In this document: in pieces, positions 27,087 to 36,253 of the stretch
How the letters are laid out: the number at the start of each line of letters is the position of its first letter
Numbering within the stretch: position 1 is the stretch's first letter
Source of the DNA: a bacterium
GTDB lineage: Bacteria; RBG-13-61-14; DATKZS01
Assembly: GCA_963674965.2 (NCBI GenBank)
Contig: CAXXFL010000002.1
Span: 384,001-448,000, forward strand
DNA length: 64,000 nt
Direction of reading: 5' to 3'
Position numbers and translations under genes: made by a program
Notes under the pieces: model-generated
The model's database searches: none
What the model saw: the letters and a program-made list of their open reading frames with translations, nothing else
What the model was told of the DNA's origin: nothing

Positions 27087-28325
27087 ATGGCGCCGGAGGC
27101 GTTGAAGAAAATAAAGTCGCCTTTTTTGCCGGCGGTCCTTGCCGTTTCGCTTCTGGCGTGCCTGATGGCAGCGGCCGGCGCGGCGGGGCCCTCCTCGTCA
27201 GGCGGCAAGGGTAAACTCCGCCCACCCACTCATCCGATTAGGGCCGTCCAGGTGATGACCCTCGAGTGCGACGACTGGGATGAAGTAAGCCAAAGGCTCG
27301 ACCGGTTCAAGGCCGCCGGGGTCAACGCCATTATTCTTCGCGTGTTCCACAACCCCGGCGACGGCTATTACAAGTTCGCCGCGCAAGGGGCCCCGGCCGG
27401 GGTGTATTTCAAGACCTCGAGGCTGCCGGTGGTGGCCGACGTCCTCGGGCCCTTTTGCGAGCTGGCTCAGAAGAAAGGCCTGGTTACCATCGCCTGGATG
27501 ACCAGCCGCTACGCCATTTACGGCCACGAGGAGGAAATGTCGCTTCGGTGCATGGCCTGGGAATTCGGGTCGAAAAAGGCCGTCGCGACTCGGGGTTTCT
27601 CTCCCATATTGCCCGAGGCCCGGGAAAGGACCGCCGAGGTCTTCCGCGACCTGGCCGCGTATCCCATCCAGGGCGTGCTCATCCAGGACGACCTCATGCT
27701 TAAACATACGGAGGGCATGAATCCCATCGCCAGGAAAATATACAAGGCGGAGACGGGTAGGGAGGCCGACCCGGACAAGTTTTTCCTCGAGGTCGAGAAA
27801 AGGGGAAGCGGTTATATCGTGACCAAATACTCGGACGAGTTCGACCACTGGCGCAGGTGGAAGAACTCCAAGATAATCGAGTTCGCCGAGCGAATGAGAA
27901 AAGAGGTCCAGTCGGCAAGGCCGGGCGTGCCCGTGGGCGTGAACATGTATTACGAGACGCTCACCTCGCCGGACGACGCCTTGACCTGGTTCTCCCAGGA
28001 CGTGGACGCGGCCATGGCGTCCAACCTGGACTTCTACGCCTTTATGTTCTATCACCGGCAGATGGCAAAGGAGCTTAATTTGTCCACCGCCGAGACCTTC
28101 GATCTTATCGGCCGGTCATTGGCCTCGATTATGCCAAGGGTCGACTTTCCCCAGCGGGTGTGGGTAAAGGCTCAAACCGTGGACTGGGACACCGGGGCCA
28201 GGGTACCCAGCTCCGAGCTGACCCGGATGCTGAACCTGGCCAAGAAATCGGGTAACGTCGGACTGGCCGTGATACCGGCGAAAAAATCCCTGGACCTTGA
28301 AGCGTTGAAGGAGGCGTATCGTTGA
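27087..28325 (+). CDS. PgaB C-terminal-like (GHL13/GH153-type) glycoside hydrolase domain protein, secreted
   Basis: GVNAIILRVF, AGVYFKT..PVVADVL, IAWMT, GVLIQDDLML.HTEG, WRRWK, WFSQD, M.YHRQM, KAQTVDW; no CE4 deacetylase domain. Confidence 0.72.
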   Translation: MAPEALKKIKSPFLPAVLAVSLLACLMAAAGAAGPSSSGGKGKLRPPTHPIRAVQVMTLECDDWDEVSQRLDRFKAAGVNAIILRVFHNPGDGYYKFAAQGAPAGVYFKTSRLPVVADVLGPFCELAQKKGLVTIAWMTSRYAIYGHEEEMSLRCMAWEFGSKKAVATRGFSPILPEARERTAEVFRDLAAYPIQGVLIQDDLMLKHTEGMNPIARKIYKAETGREADPDKFFLEVEKRGSGYIVTKYSDEFDHWRRWKNSKIIEFAERMRKEVQSARPGVPVGVNMYYETLTSPDDALTWFSQDVDAAMASNLDFYAFMFYHRQMAKELNLSTAETFDLIGRSLASIMPRVDFPQRVWVKAQTVDWDTGARVPSSELTRMLNLAKKSGNVGLAVIPAKKSLDLEALKEAYR

Positions 28326-29644
28326 GAGAATTTACGCGATCGAATGATGGAAAGACAAAACGAGAGTCACTCGGCCTCGCGATAGCGGCGGCTCTAACCT
28401 TAGCGGCGCTTTTCTTTTACGCCTGCGGCGGCCCTTCCAAATTGGATCGAGCGAGCAAGGAGGGCGAGGCGTCCGGCGAGAACGCGGGCAAAGTCGAGGA
28501 AAAAAACGCGCCGCTCGGCAAGAGCGGGGAGGATGCCCCCTCCGTGCCGCCGGTCCCGGCCTCCGCCGGGATCGACAAGGAGACGAGCTTTACCCTCGTT
28601 TATTCCACGGGACTGGGCGGAGAGCTGGTTGACTGCGGCTGTCCCGGCCATCCGAGGGGAGGAATGGCCAGGAGGGCCCAGTTCGTGAAAGATATCGCCC
28701 ACGCCCGGCCCGTTCTCCAGGTGGACGGAGGCGGAGCGTTCTTCAGCCCGAACAAGATAAACATGAAACCGGCGCCCAAGGATCTGGACGGCGCGAGAGT
28801 GATCGCCCGTTCCTACGCAAGGATGGGAATCTCCGCGGTTAACGTGAGCAAGTTCGACCTGGCCGGAGGGATCGACTTCCTGAAGAACGACGTCCTGGCC
28901 AAGGAGGGCAAGGGCAAACTTCCCCTGGTGTCGGCCAACCTGGTAAAGGACGGACAACTGGTGTTCCCTCCCTTCTCCATGGTCAAAAGCGGCGAGGCTT
29001 CCATCGGCGTGTTCGGCGTGTCGGACTCGGCCATGTCCCTGCCGGGGGGACGGCCAGACCTCGAGCCCGCTTATGAGCCGGGGGTCCGTTTTCTCGACCC
29101 GAAGGAATCGGCCGCCCGCATGGTGGCGGCGCTGAAGGGCAAGTGCGACCTTATAGTGGGACTTTACGGCATGGACCTGCGGACCGCCTCGACCATAGCC
29201 AAGGAAGTCCCGGGAGTCGATATAATAGTCGTCAGCGACAGGGGAGGGGCCAAGAAGCAAAGGCCCCTGGTGATCGGCGACACGCTTTTGCTTCAGGCCG
29301 GCGATCGGGGCATGTTCCTTGGCCGCATGGAGGTCACCCTGTTTCCCGGCGGCGTCAAGGAGGAGATATCCGAGACCCTTCGCCGGGATATGAAGGATGA
29401 ACTCGAGCGCATAACCGCCCAGAAAGCGGCCTTTGCCGGCTCCATTGGCCGCGACCCCGAGGTCAGGTCGAGGCTGAGGACGATCGAAAAGGAGGAGGAA
29501 AGGATTCTGGAGCGGCTCCGCGGTTCCAAGTCCAGGTTCGACTACGACAACGCGCTGGTCTCGGTGGACCTGGACTTCCCCGAGGACCCGGAAGTGGCGG
29601 CCTGGGTCCAGGCGATCGGGGTCGAGGCAAGGACCACGCATTAA
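28322..29644 (+). CDS. UshA/5'-nucleotidase-like lipoprotein with CGC motif
   Basis: YAC lipobox-like site; GELVDCGC..GGMARRA; LPLVSANL; IGVFGV; PGVDIIV; G.FLGRMEV. Confidence 0.72.
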   Translation: MREFTRSNDGKTKRESLGLAIAAALTLAALFFYACGGPSKLDRASKEGEASGENAGKVEEKNAPLGKSGEDAPSVPPVPASAGIDKETSFTLVYSTGLGGELVDCGCPGHPRGGMARRAQFVKDIAHARPVLQVDGGGAFFSPNKINMKPAPKDLDGARVIARSYARMGISAVNVSKFDLAGGIDFLKNDVLAKEGKGKLPLVSANLVKDGQLVFPPFSMVKSGEASIGVFGVSDSAMSLPGGRPDLEPAYEPGVRFLDPKESAARMVAALKGKCDLIVGLYGMDLRTASTIAKEVPGVDIIVVSDRGGAKKQRPLVIGDTLLLQAGDRGMFLGRMEVTLFPGGVKEEISETLRRDMKDELERITAQKAAFAGSIGRDPEVRSRLRTIEKEEERILERLRGSKSRFDYDNALVSVDLDFPEDPEVAAWVQAIGVEARTTH

Positions 29645-29775
29645 GGTCGGGACGACGGCCGGCCGGGCCTGTCCGGTTGTCGCGGCCGTCGGATTGATGC
29701 ATAATTATATTTACCGCCCTCCGGTTTCCGGGCGAGCCCGCGCGAAGCCGGTCGGGACGATTTAGGACACACGCC

Positions 29776-30762
29776 ATGCCGGCAAACCTTACACCCGAGT
29801 ATCTCGAGGCGGAGAAGGCCTACCGCGAGGCCAAGACGAGCGAGGAAAAGCTCCACTGCCTCGAGTACATGCTCTCGGTCATACCCAAGCACAAGGGAAC
29901 GGACAAGATGCAGGGCGAGCTTCGCCGGAAGATCGCCAAGCTGAACAAAGAGGAAACCAAAAAAAGCGGAAGCCGCAAGAGCTCGATGTTCAACGTGCCC
30001 AAGGAGGGCGCCGGCCAGGTCGTTCTGGCGGGCGCGCCCAACTCCGGCAAGAGCACCGTGCTCGCCTCCCTTACCAACGCCGAGCCGGAAATAGCCGATT
30101 ACCCCTACACCACCGCCATGCCCCAACCCGGCATGATCCCCTACGAGAACATCAAGATACAGCTCGTGGACCTGCCCGGCATCGGCAAGGATTACACCGA
30201 GTCGTGGGTGCCCGGCATCGTGCGCAACGCGGACCTGGCGCTTTTGGTGGTCAACCTGGCCAGCGACGAGGTCCTCGAGGAGACGGAGTACGTTCTCGAG
30301 CGCCTGACCATGGGCAAGGTCGAGCTGGTGGAAAAGGTCACCCAGAGGTTCAAGCCCGACGGCTCCGCCCAGGTCAAGGCCAGGATGCTGCTGACCGGCT
30401 CCGACCACCCCGACGCGCCCGAGGTGATCGAGCTGATCGAGGAGGTCTTCGGCCGTAACTTTACCATGTGGCGCATGGGCAGGGGTATGGACGATCTGGC
30501 GGAGAAGGTCAAGATAAATATTTTTCAAGCGCTGGAAATAGTAAGAGTGTATACTAAGGGAAGAGGGAAGAAGCCCGAGTTCCAGGACCCGGTGGTCCTT
30601 CCCCTTGGCTCGACGGTGACGGACTTCGCTTTTCAGATTCACAAGGACCTTGCCCGCAACATGAAGTTCGCCAAAATCTGGGGCAAGGACAAGTACGACG
30701 GCCAAAAAGTGCAGCGCGATTACGAGCTGGTGGACGGAGACGTGATCGAGCTTCACGCCTGA
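29776..30762 (+). CDS. OBG/DRG-like GTPase with TGS domain
   Basis: MPANLTPEY..PKHKGT; G1 GAPNSGKST, G2 YPYTT, G3 DLPG; TGS VRVYTK..GSTV.DFA..IHKD..DGDVIELH. Confidence 0.88.
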   Translation: MPANLTPEYLEAEKAYREAKTSEEKLHCLEYMLSVIPKHKGTDKMQGELRRKIAKLNKEETKKSGSRKSSMFNVPKEGAGQVVLAGAPNSGKSTVLASLTNAEPEIADYPYTTAMPQPGMIPYENIKIQLVDLPGIGKDYTESWVPGIVRNADLALLVVNLASDEVLEETEYVLERLTMGKVELVEKVTQRFKPDGSAQVKARMLLTGSDHPDAPEVIELIEEVFGRNFTMWRMGRGMDDLAEKVKINIFQALEIVRVYTKGRGKKPEFQDPVVLPLGSTVTDFAFQIHKDLARNMKFAKIWGKDKYDGQKVQRDYELVDGDVIELHA

Positions 30763-30793
30763 CGCCGCGGGAAAATCTTTCAGGAGAGTTTTT

Positions 30794-31216
30794 ATGCTTT
30801 TACCGGACCAGGGGCCTGCTCGCGAGTTCTCGCCTAAAAAGGGCGACCAGTACATAACCACGCTGGGCGACGACGCTAGGGCCAAGGACGTGCCCGAGGG
30901 CATAGTCGTCATGCTTCGCGTGGTGGAGGGCGAGGAGCCGGGCAAGGGATACCCGATCGACAAGACCCCCGCCACCATCGGCAGGGACGACATGTGCGAT
31001 ATCACCATTGTCGACAAGAGGATGAGCCGCCAGCACGCCATGCTCTTTTACTACTCCCCCAACTTCTACGTCAAGGACCTGGGAAGCACCAACGGCACCT
31101 TTGTCAACGACAAGAAAATCACCCAGGCCGCGGTCAAAAATGGGGACCGCGTCAAGACCGGGAACACGCTGCTCGAGCTCATCGTGAGCCCGGCCGTTCC
31201 CCGGACCATCGAATGA
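30794..31216 (+). CDS. FHA domain protein
   Basis: TIGR, SRQHA, DLGSTNGTFVN. Confidence 0.9.
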   Translation: MLLPDQGPAREFSPKKGDQYITTLGDDARAKDVPEGIVVMLRVVEGEEPGKGYPIDKTPATIGRDDMCDITIVDKRMSRQHAMLFYYSPNFYVKDLGSTNGTFVNDKKITQAAVKNGDRVKTGNTLLELIVSPAVPRTIE

Positions 31217-31232
31217 AACCCGGGAGGAAAAC

Positions 31233-31994
31233 ATGCGCCTGGTAACCGCTTCCATGCGCCATCAAGGCCGATACAGGGACCACAATGAGGACCACGTGCT
31301 GGCGGCCGACGACGTCCGACTTTACGCCGTGGCCGACGGCGTCGAGGGCGAGCCCTTTGGAGAGATAGCGTCCCAGCTCGCGATCGAGACCCTTCACCAG
31401 ACCATTAAGTCTATAAACCTGGACGAGGACGCCACCCCTCCCTTCGACTACGCCCAGGGCATTCCCCTGCCGGCCAGGGCGCTAAAGTTCGCCTTCCGCG
31501 AGGCCAACCGCCGCATAATCGAGAAGGGCGGGAAGGAAGAGAAATTCAAGGGCATGGCCACAACCCTGTGCGCGGCCTGGTTTATCGAGAACAAGCTTTT
31601 CGTGGCCAACGTGGGAGACTCGAGGGCCTACCTTACCAGGAAGGGAAAAATCCTCCAGCTATCCAAGGACCACACCACCCTGGCGCAGGGAAACTCGGAC
31701 GAGAAGCTCGACTCCGCCTTTATGGAGGACTACAGCCCCAGCCTCGAGCACGAGCTGTCAAGGGCCATGGGGATAAACGACGACGTCGAGGTCCAGTTGA
31801 CGGGTGGGGCCATCGAGGCCGGAGACGTGCTCATACTATGCACCGACGGGCTCTACGGCGACCTCCGGGAGTGGGAGATAATGGAAAAGGTGAAGGAAAC
31901 CACGCCCAAGCTGGCCGCCAAGGCCCTGGTGGACCTGGCCATTAAAAAAGGCGGCATGGACAACGTGGCCGTCGTGATCGTCCAGGCGGCCTGA
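31233..31994 (+). CDS. PP2C-family Ser/Thr protein phosphatase (Stp1-like)
   Basis: RDHNED, AVADG, ANVGDSRAY, LSRAMG, LCTDGL, GGMDNVAV. Confidence 0.9.
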   Translation: MRLVTASMRHQGRYRDHNEDHVLAADDVRLYAVADGVEGEPFGEIASQLAIETLHQTIKSINLDEDATPPFDYAQGIPLPARALKFAFREANRRIIEKGGKEEKFKGMATTLCAAWFIENKLFVANVGDSRAYLTRKGKILQLSKDHTTLAQGNSDEKLDSAFMEDYSPSLEHELSRAMGINDDVEVQLTGGAIEAGDVLILCTDGLYGDLREWEIMEKVKETTPKLAAKALVDLAIKKGGMDNVAVVIVQAA

Positions 31995-32012
31995 CGGACG
32001 GGACCGGGCCGC

Positions 32013-32864
32013 ATGAGCCGGGCCGACAACGTTCTGGTGGGACCGGCGGGATGGTCATATGAGGATTGGAACGGTCCCGTCTACCCCAGGCCGAGGCCCA
32101 AGGGGTTCGATCCCCTGTCCTTTTTAGCCGACGCCTTCGACGCCATCGAGATCAATACCACCTTTTATCACCCGGGCTCGAAAAAGAACGCCCTTTCCTG
32201 GGCGAGCCGCGTCTCAAACAATCCCAGGTTTCAATTCACCGTGAAAATCTGGAGCAGGCTCACGCACGAAAAAACGGCGTTCACCGGCGAGGACGCCGCG
32301 GCCGCCGGGATCGTTCCCCATGCTTTGGCCGAGAAGGGGATCTTGGGCGCGGCGCTGATTCAATTCCCCTGGTCCTTTAAGAACGAGCCCGGGAACGTCG
32401 AAAAAATATCTCGCCTGGCCAGGGAATTGAGTGGTCTTCCCCTGGCCGTCGAGGTGAGGCACGGCTCCTGGAACTCTAAAGAGTTTTTCGATTTTTTGCG
32501 GGACATGAATATTTCATTCGTCAATCTCGATCAGCCTTTGATCGGGGATTCCATGCCTCCCCTCCAAGTGGCGACGGGAGGGATCGGGTACGTTCGACTC
32601 CATGGCAGGAACAAGGAAAACTGGTTTAAAAAGGGGGCCGGACGCGACGACAGGTATCATTACCGATACGGGGAGGATGAATTAAGACCCTGGGTCGAGA
32701 GGTCACTCGCGCTGTCCGCTTCCAGCGAGACGGTGTTCGTCATAGCTAACAACCACTACAAGGGACACGCGGTGACTAACGCTCTCGAGATCAAGAGGGC
32801 GCTGGGGCAGAAGGCGGAGCTTCCTTTGTTGCCTGGATACGGGCTTCCCCTTTTTCCCGATTGA
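32013..32864 (+). CDS. DUF72 family protein
   Basis: GPAGWSYEDW.G.VYP, EINTTFY, QFPWSF, EVRHGSW, YVRLHGRN. Confidence 0.9.
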   Translation: MSRADNVLVGPAGWSYEDWNGPVYPRPRPKGFDPLSFLADAFDAIEINTTFYHPGSKKNALSWASRVSNNPRFQFTVKIWSRLTHEKTAFTGEDAAAAGIVPHALAEKGILGAALIQFPWSFKNEPGNVEKISRLARELSGLPLAVEVRHGSWNSKEFFDFLRDMNISFVNLDQPLIGDSMPPLQVATGGIGYVRLHGRNKENWFKKGAGRDDRYHYRYGEDELRPWVERSLALSASSETVFVIANNHYKGHAVTNALEIKRALGQKAELPLLPGYGLPLFPD

Positions 32865-32991
32865 GTCTCTGGCCGAAGGGGAACGAAAGGGAACCGGCAA
32901 ATACTACTTCCCTCATTCGAAGCGCCTTGCCGCGTTCCCTAAAAAAACTGGACGCCCCCCTGGAGCGCCCATTCCCGATTCCAGAGCGCCC

Positions 32992-33252
32992 CTACTCCTC
33001 CTCTTCTTCCTGTCTCCTGCTCCTGTCGAGAAGGTACTCGTAGCGTTCCTTGAGCATGTCAGCCGGAATCAAACGGATGCGCTTGCAGCGCCTGCATTTG
33101 ATTTCCACGGTGTCCTCGGTGAGCTTGGCCACCAGGTTACCGCATTCGCATCGCTCGTCCACGCGCTCCTTGCCGTCAAGGTACTTCTGACAGCTTTTGC
33201 ACTGGATCGCGTCATCTGATAAATACTCGTCGCAAAAAGGACAACGTTTCAT
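32992..33252 (-). CDS. Small double zinc-ribbon protein; second ribbon is Mu Com-like
   Basis: GGAGGT RBS; CPFC..CKSC, then RCECGNLVAKL..EIKCRRCKR. Confidence 0.7.
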   Translation of the reverse strand: MKRCPFCDEYLSDDAIQCKSCQKYLDGKERVDERCECGNLVAKLTEDTVEIKCRRCKRIRLIPADMLKERYEYLLDRSRRQEEEEE

Positions 33253-33424
33253 TTGTATACCTCCATGTACTAACGCCCGCTTGATATTTACTATACAATA
33301 TATCCATGATAATTCAAACGATATAATGCGATATGGCCAAACCTGGCATTTGAGGGCCGCCTTGCCGGTTACGGGCGCCATGAATGAAATTGTTTCTATT
33401 TAATTGTGAAAGCCAGGCGGCCCC

Positions 33425-36253
33425 ATGAGTATGGAAGTAAACCATCAAAAAGGGACCATGTCAAGAAAAGACAAAGAAGGAGAAAGCGGGAAAGATATGG
33501 GCCAAAGACCCCAAAAAGTTTCCGCAAAGCATGGCGTAAAATGGGGGGCGCAGGCCGAGACAATGATCGCCTCCGTCGTTTTTTTCGCGATTCTCGCCAT
33601 ATCCGGTCCGTTAGGACCGCCCGCCAACTACGCGGATACGCCTTTGGTCGACCCTGCGGGTATCCTCCAGGTTTACCCGTGGCAGGTTTTTAACGCGGAC
33701 CAGATAGGGAAATCCCATTTCCCGCTGTGGAACCATCTCACCGCCATCGGCGAGCCGCATATGGCCAACATACAGACCGCGTTCCTTTATCCGATTTATT
33801 GGATCTGGCAAGCGGCGGGCGCGGGTAAGACGGGCTACGGCCTGCTGCTTCTTCTCAAGCTCTGGATGGCCTCGATCTTCTGGTTCGTCTTCGCGAGGAG
33901 GACCATGACCTCTTTCGCCGGCGCCGTAATTTGCGGGGCGGCATACGGATGCGGCGGCTACTGCCTGTGGTTCTTGCAGCTTATCGACGTTAACTCCCAG
34001 ATGCTGCTCCCTCTCCTCTTGATATTTTTGCCGAGGACTGTAAAGCGTCCCGATTTCAAAAGCCTCATCGCTTCCGCCTTTTTGGTCTTTCTGGCCCTCG
34101 CGGGGGGACACCCGGAGGCGTCCTTTATAACCGTCCTCGTGGCCGTCCTCTACGCGCTGTTTCTTTTTGCGTCCGAAAAGGAGCGCGGGAGGGCGGGGTC
34201 CGCTCCCTCCCTGGGCAAGGATGGTTTTCTAGCGCGGCTTATACCCATGGCCATGGCCGGCGCGCTCGGTCTTTTGCTGTGTATGGCGGTTCTCTTGCCC
34301 TTTATAAATTATCTTGGCCGGTGCTGGACCATGCACGGTCCGGGATTCGGTTTTTTCCATCTCGACCCCCGGGCCCTTTTCAATTTATTCGTTCCCGGGG
34401 TCCATCGATTATTCGGAGGCATGCCCGCCGAGATTCCCGTCGAGCACGTGGGCAAGACGGCCCTCGAGGCCTTCGCTCTTGCTTACTCGGCTACTTCCGT
34501 TCCCGGCAATCTGCCTCCCGCCGGGCTCGTCGTCGCGGCGCTGGCGGCGGCGGGCGCCGTTTCGGGCTCGGCAAAATCCAGGACGGCCCTTTTTTTCACG
34601 GGGCTTTTCCTGGTTCTGACGGGCCTGACTCTCGGTCTTCCCGGTTTCAATCTGATAGCCTTCATTCCTCCCTTTAACGTGAACTCGAACTTCAAGTTTT
34701 TCTTTTCCGAGATACACGCCTGCCTGGCGGCGCTGGCCGGCGTGGGCTTCGACCGGATTTTTCTCTCGTCCGCTCGCGGGTGGGGACGCTCTTGCCGGGC
34801 GTGGCCGCCCATGGCCGCCGCCATATCTGTTCCCGCTATCGCGCTGGTCTCACTCGCGGTACTCTCCTCGCCTGGCGGCGCGTCTTCCATACCTAGGCTC
34901 GAGCTTATCGCCTACGCCGGACTTGGTCTGCTTGTATTTTCGACCTTGTTATTCCTGGCCGTTATGGCCCCCGGAAAAAGATCGGCGAGGGCCTTATCCT
35001 GCCTTCTCGTTTTGTTCTCGATATATCTCGTGGGCAAGAGCGTGGTCCCCTTCGTCACCTTGGAGCGGCCAGGCAAGGCGGAAAAGTCGGAGCTTGTATC
35101 CCGGCTTCTCGAGAGCGGGGAAAAAAGACAAACGGGACTTGACGGCTACTGGCCGGCCAACCTGCCGGCGGCCGAGTCCATCAAGGACGTGAGGTCGTCG
35201 GACGCCCTTTTTTACAAGCCCTACGCCGACCTGATCAACGAGATAAACGGGCTGAGCCCCGAGGAAGGACTGGGATATTTCTATCCCTCCTACTTCACCC
35301 GTCCGTCGCCGGACAGGATATCCGCGCCGGCGGCGAAAAAACTCTGCCTTGACCGAATATTCTCCGGCCACGCCTGGATACCCAACGGCGTGGTGGACCT
35401 CGCGCTGGCCAGGGGAGACATGATCGCGCCCGCGGCCAAACCGGCGCGATCTGTTTTCGACTATGGAAGCGGATTCCCCCGCGAGGCGCCCGGACTTTTT
35501 CTTCACGCGCCAGGTTCGATCTGCTTCACCCTTAATCAAGCGCATGATCGAGGCGATGAAGGGGGCGAGCTGTATTTCCGTCCCGGCTTTTTACAAAGCG
35601 GGAACGGCCCGGGAGCGCGGGGAGACGGAACTATCTTCATAGCGGTCCTTGCCGATGAGGGCGGGAAGAGACTTGGATACGCCCGCATGATTTGCCCGGA
35701 AGGATCGTCCTTTCCTCCCGTCAAAATCGAGTCCCCGGGAAGCTCGATGGTCAAGCTTTCCACCTTGCCCGGAGTGAAAAACGACAATCGAAGCGACTGG
35801 TCCGGGTTCTCCGAATTGTCGTGGCATCCCGGCGGCTACTCTCCTCCACCCGGTCCCGTTTGGTCCGCCGGCGCTGACGGGCCTTTCCTTTACAAGGTCG
35901 ATCACCCGCCATGGGCCCATTTGGAAAACGACCTTGCCCCGTTGCCCGCGGCGCGAGAGGCCGGAGACCTGGTCCGAATCCACGCGGGAAAAGGCGAGGG
36001 CGGGACCGTCGTTATACATGAAGCCTGGTACCCGGGATGGACCGCCGAGGCAAAGGGAGGGTCTTTATATATCGAGGCCGCCCCGGATAAGACGTCCATG
36101 AAAGTCAGGTTGCCGGAGGGGAGCGAAAACCTGACCCTGCGCTTCGTTCCGGCGGATTTCCGGGTGGGCCTGTTTGTATCGCTGGTCACCGTTCTGGTAT
36201 CCTTTTCCCTGCTAATTTTTATAAAGAGCGTGAAAAAGAAAGATGACCCATAA
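33425..36253 (+). CDS. YfhO-like GT-C membrane glycosyltransferase
   Basis: FPLWN..GEPHMANIQ..YP, LAGGHPE, many TM helices, C-terminal EAWYPGWTA..LRFVP..F.VGL. Confidence 0.75.
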   Translation: MSMEVNHQKGTMSRKDKEGESGKDMGQRPQKVSAKHGVKWGAQAETMIASVVFFAILAISGPLGPPANYADTPLVDPAGILQVYPWQVFNADQIGKSHFPLWNHLTAIGEPHMANIQTAFLYPIYWIWQAAGAGKTGYGLLLLLKLWMASIFWFVFARRTMTSFAGAVICGAAYGCGGYCLWFLQLIDVNSQMLLPLLLIFLPRTVKRPDFKSLIASAFLVFLALAGGHPEASFITVLVAVLYALFLFASEKERGRAGSAPSLGKDGFLARLIPMAMAGALGLLLCMAVLLPFINYLGRCWTMHGPGFGFFHLDPRALFNLFVPGVHRLFGGMPAEIPVEHVGKTALEAFALAYSATSVPGNLPPAGLVVAALAAAGAVSGSAKSRTALFFTGLFLVLTGLTLGLPGFNLIAFIPPFNVNSNFKFFFSEIHACLAALAGVGFDRIFLSSARGWGRSCRAWPPMAAAISVPAIALVSLAVLSSPGGASSIPRLELIAYAGLGLLVFSTLLFLAVMAPGKRSARALSCLLVLFSIYLVGKSVVPFVTLERPGKAEKSELVSRLLESGEKRQTGLDGYWPANLPAAESIKDVRSSDALFYKPYADLINEINGLSPEEGLGYFYPSYFTRPSPDRISAPAAKKLCLDRIFSGHAWIPNGVVDLALARGDMIAPAAKPARSVFDYGSGFPREAPGLFLHAPGSICFTLNQAHDRGDEGGELYFRPGFLQSGNGPGARGDGTIFIAVLADEGGKRLGYARMICPEGSSFPPVKIESPGSSMVKLSTLPGVKNDNRSDWSGFSELSWHPGGYSPPPGPVWSAGADGPFLYKVDHPPWAHLENDLAPLPAAREAGDLVRIHAGKGEGGTVVIHEAWYPGWTAEAKGGSLYIEAAPDKTSMKVRLPEGSENLTLRFVPADFRVGLFVSLVTVLVSFSLLIFIKSVKKKDDP

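Noticed and set aside
28630..28645. Selenocysteine in the UshA-like CxU motif
   Set aside because: Codon is TGT (Cys), not TGA
29641..31041. 466-aa minus-strand ORF
   Set aside because: Antisense to the well-supported GTPase and FHA genes
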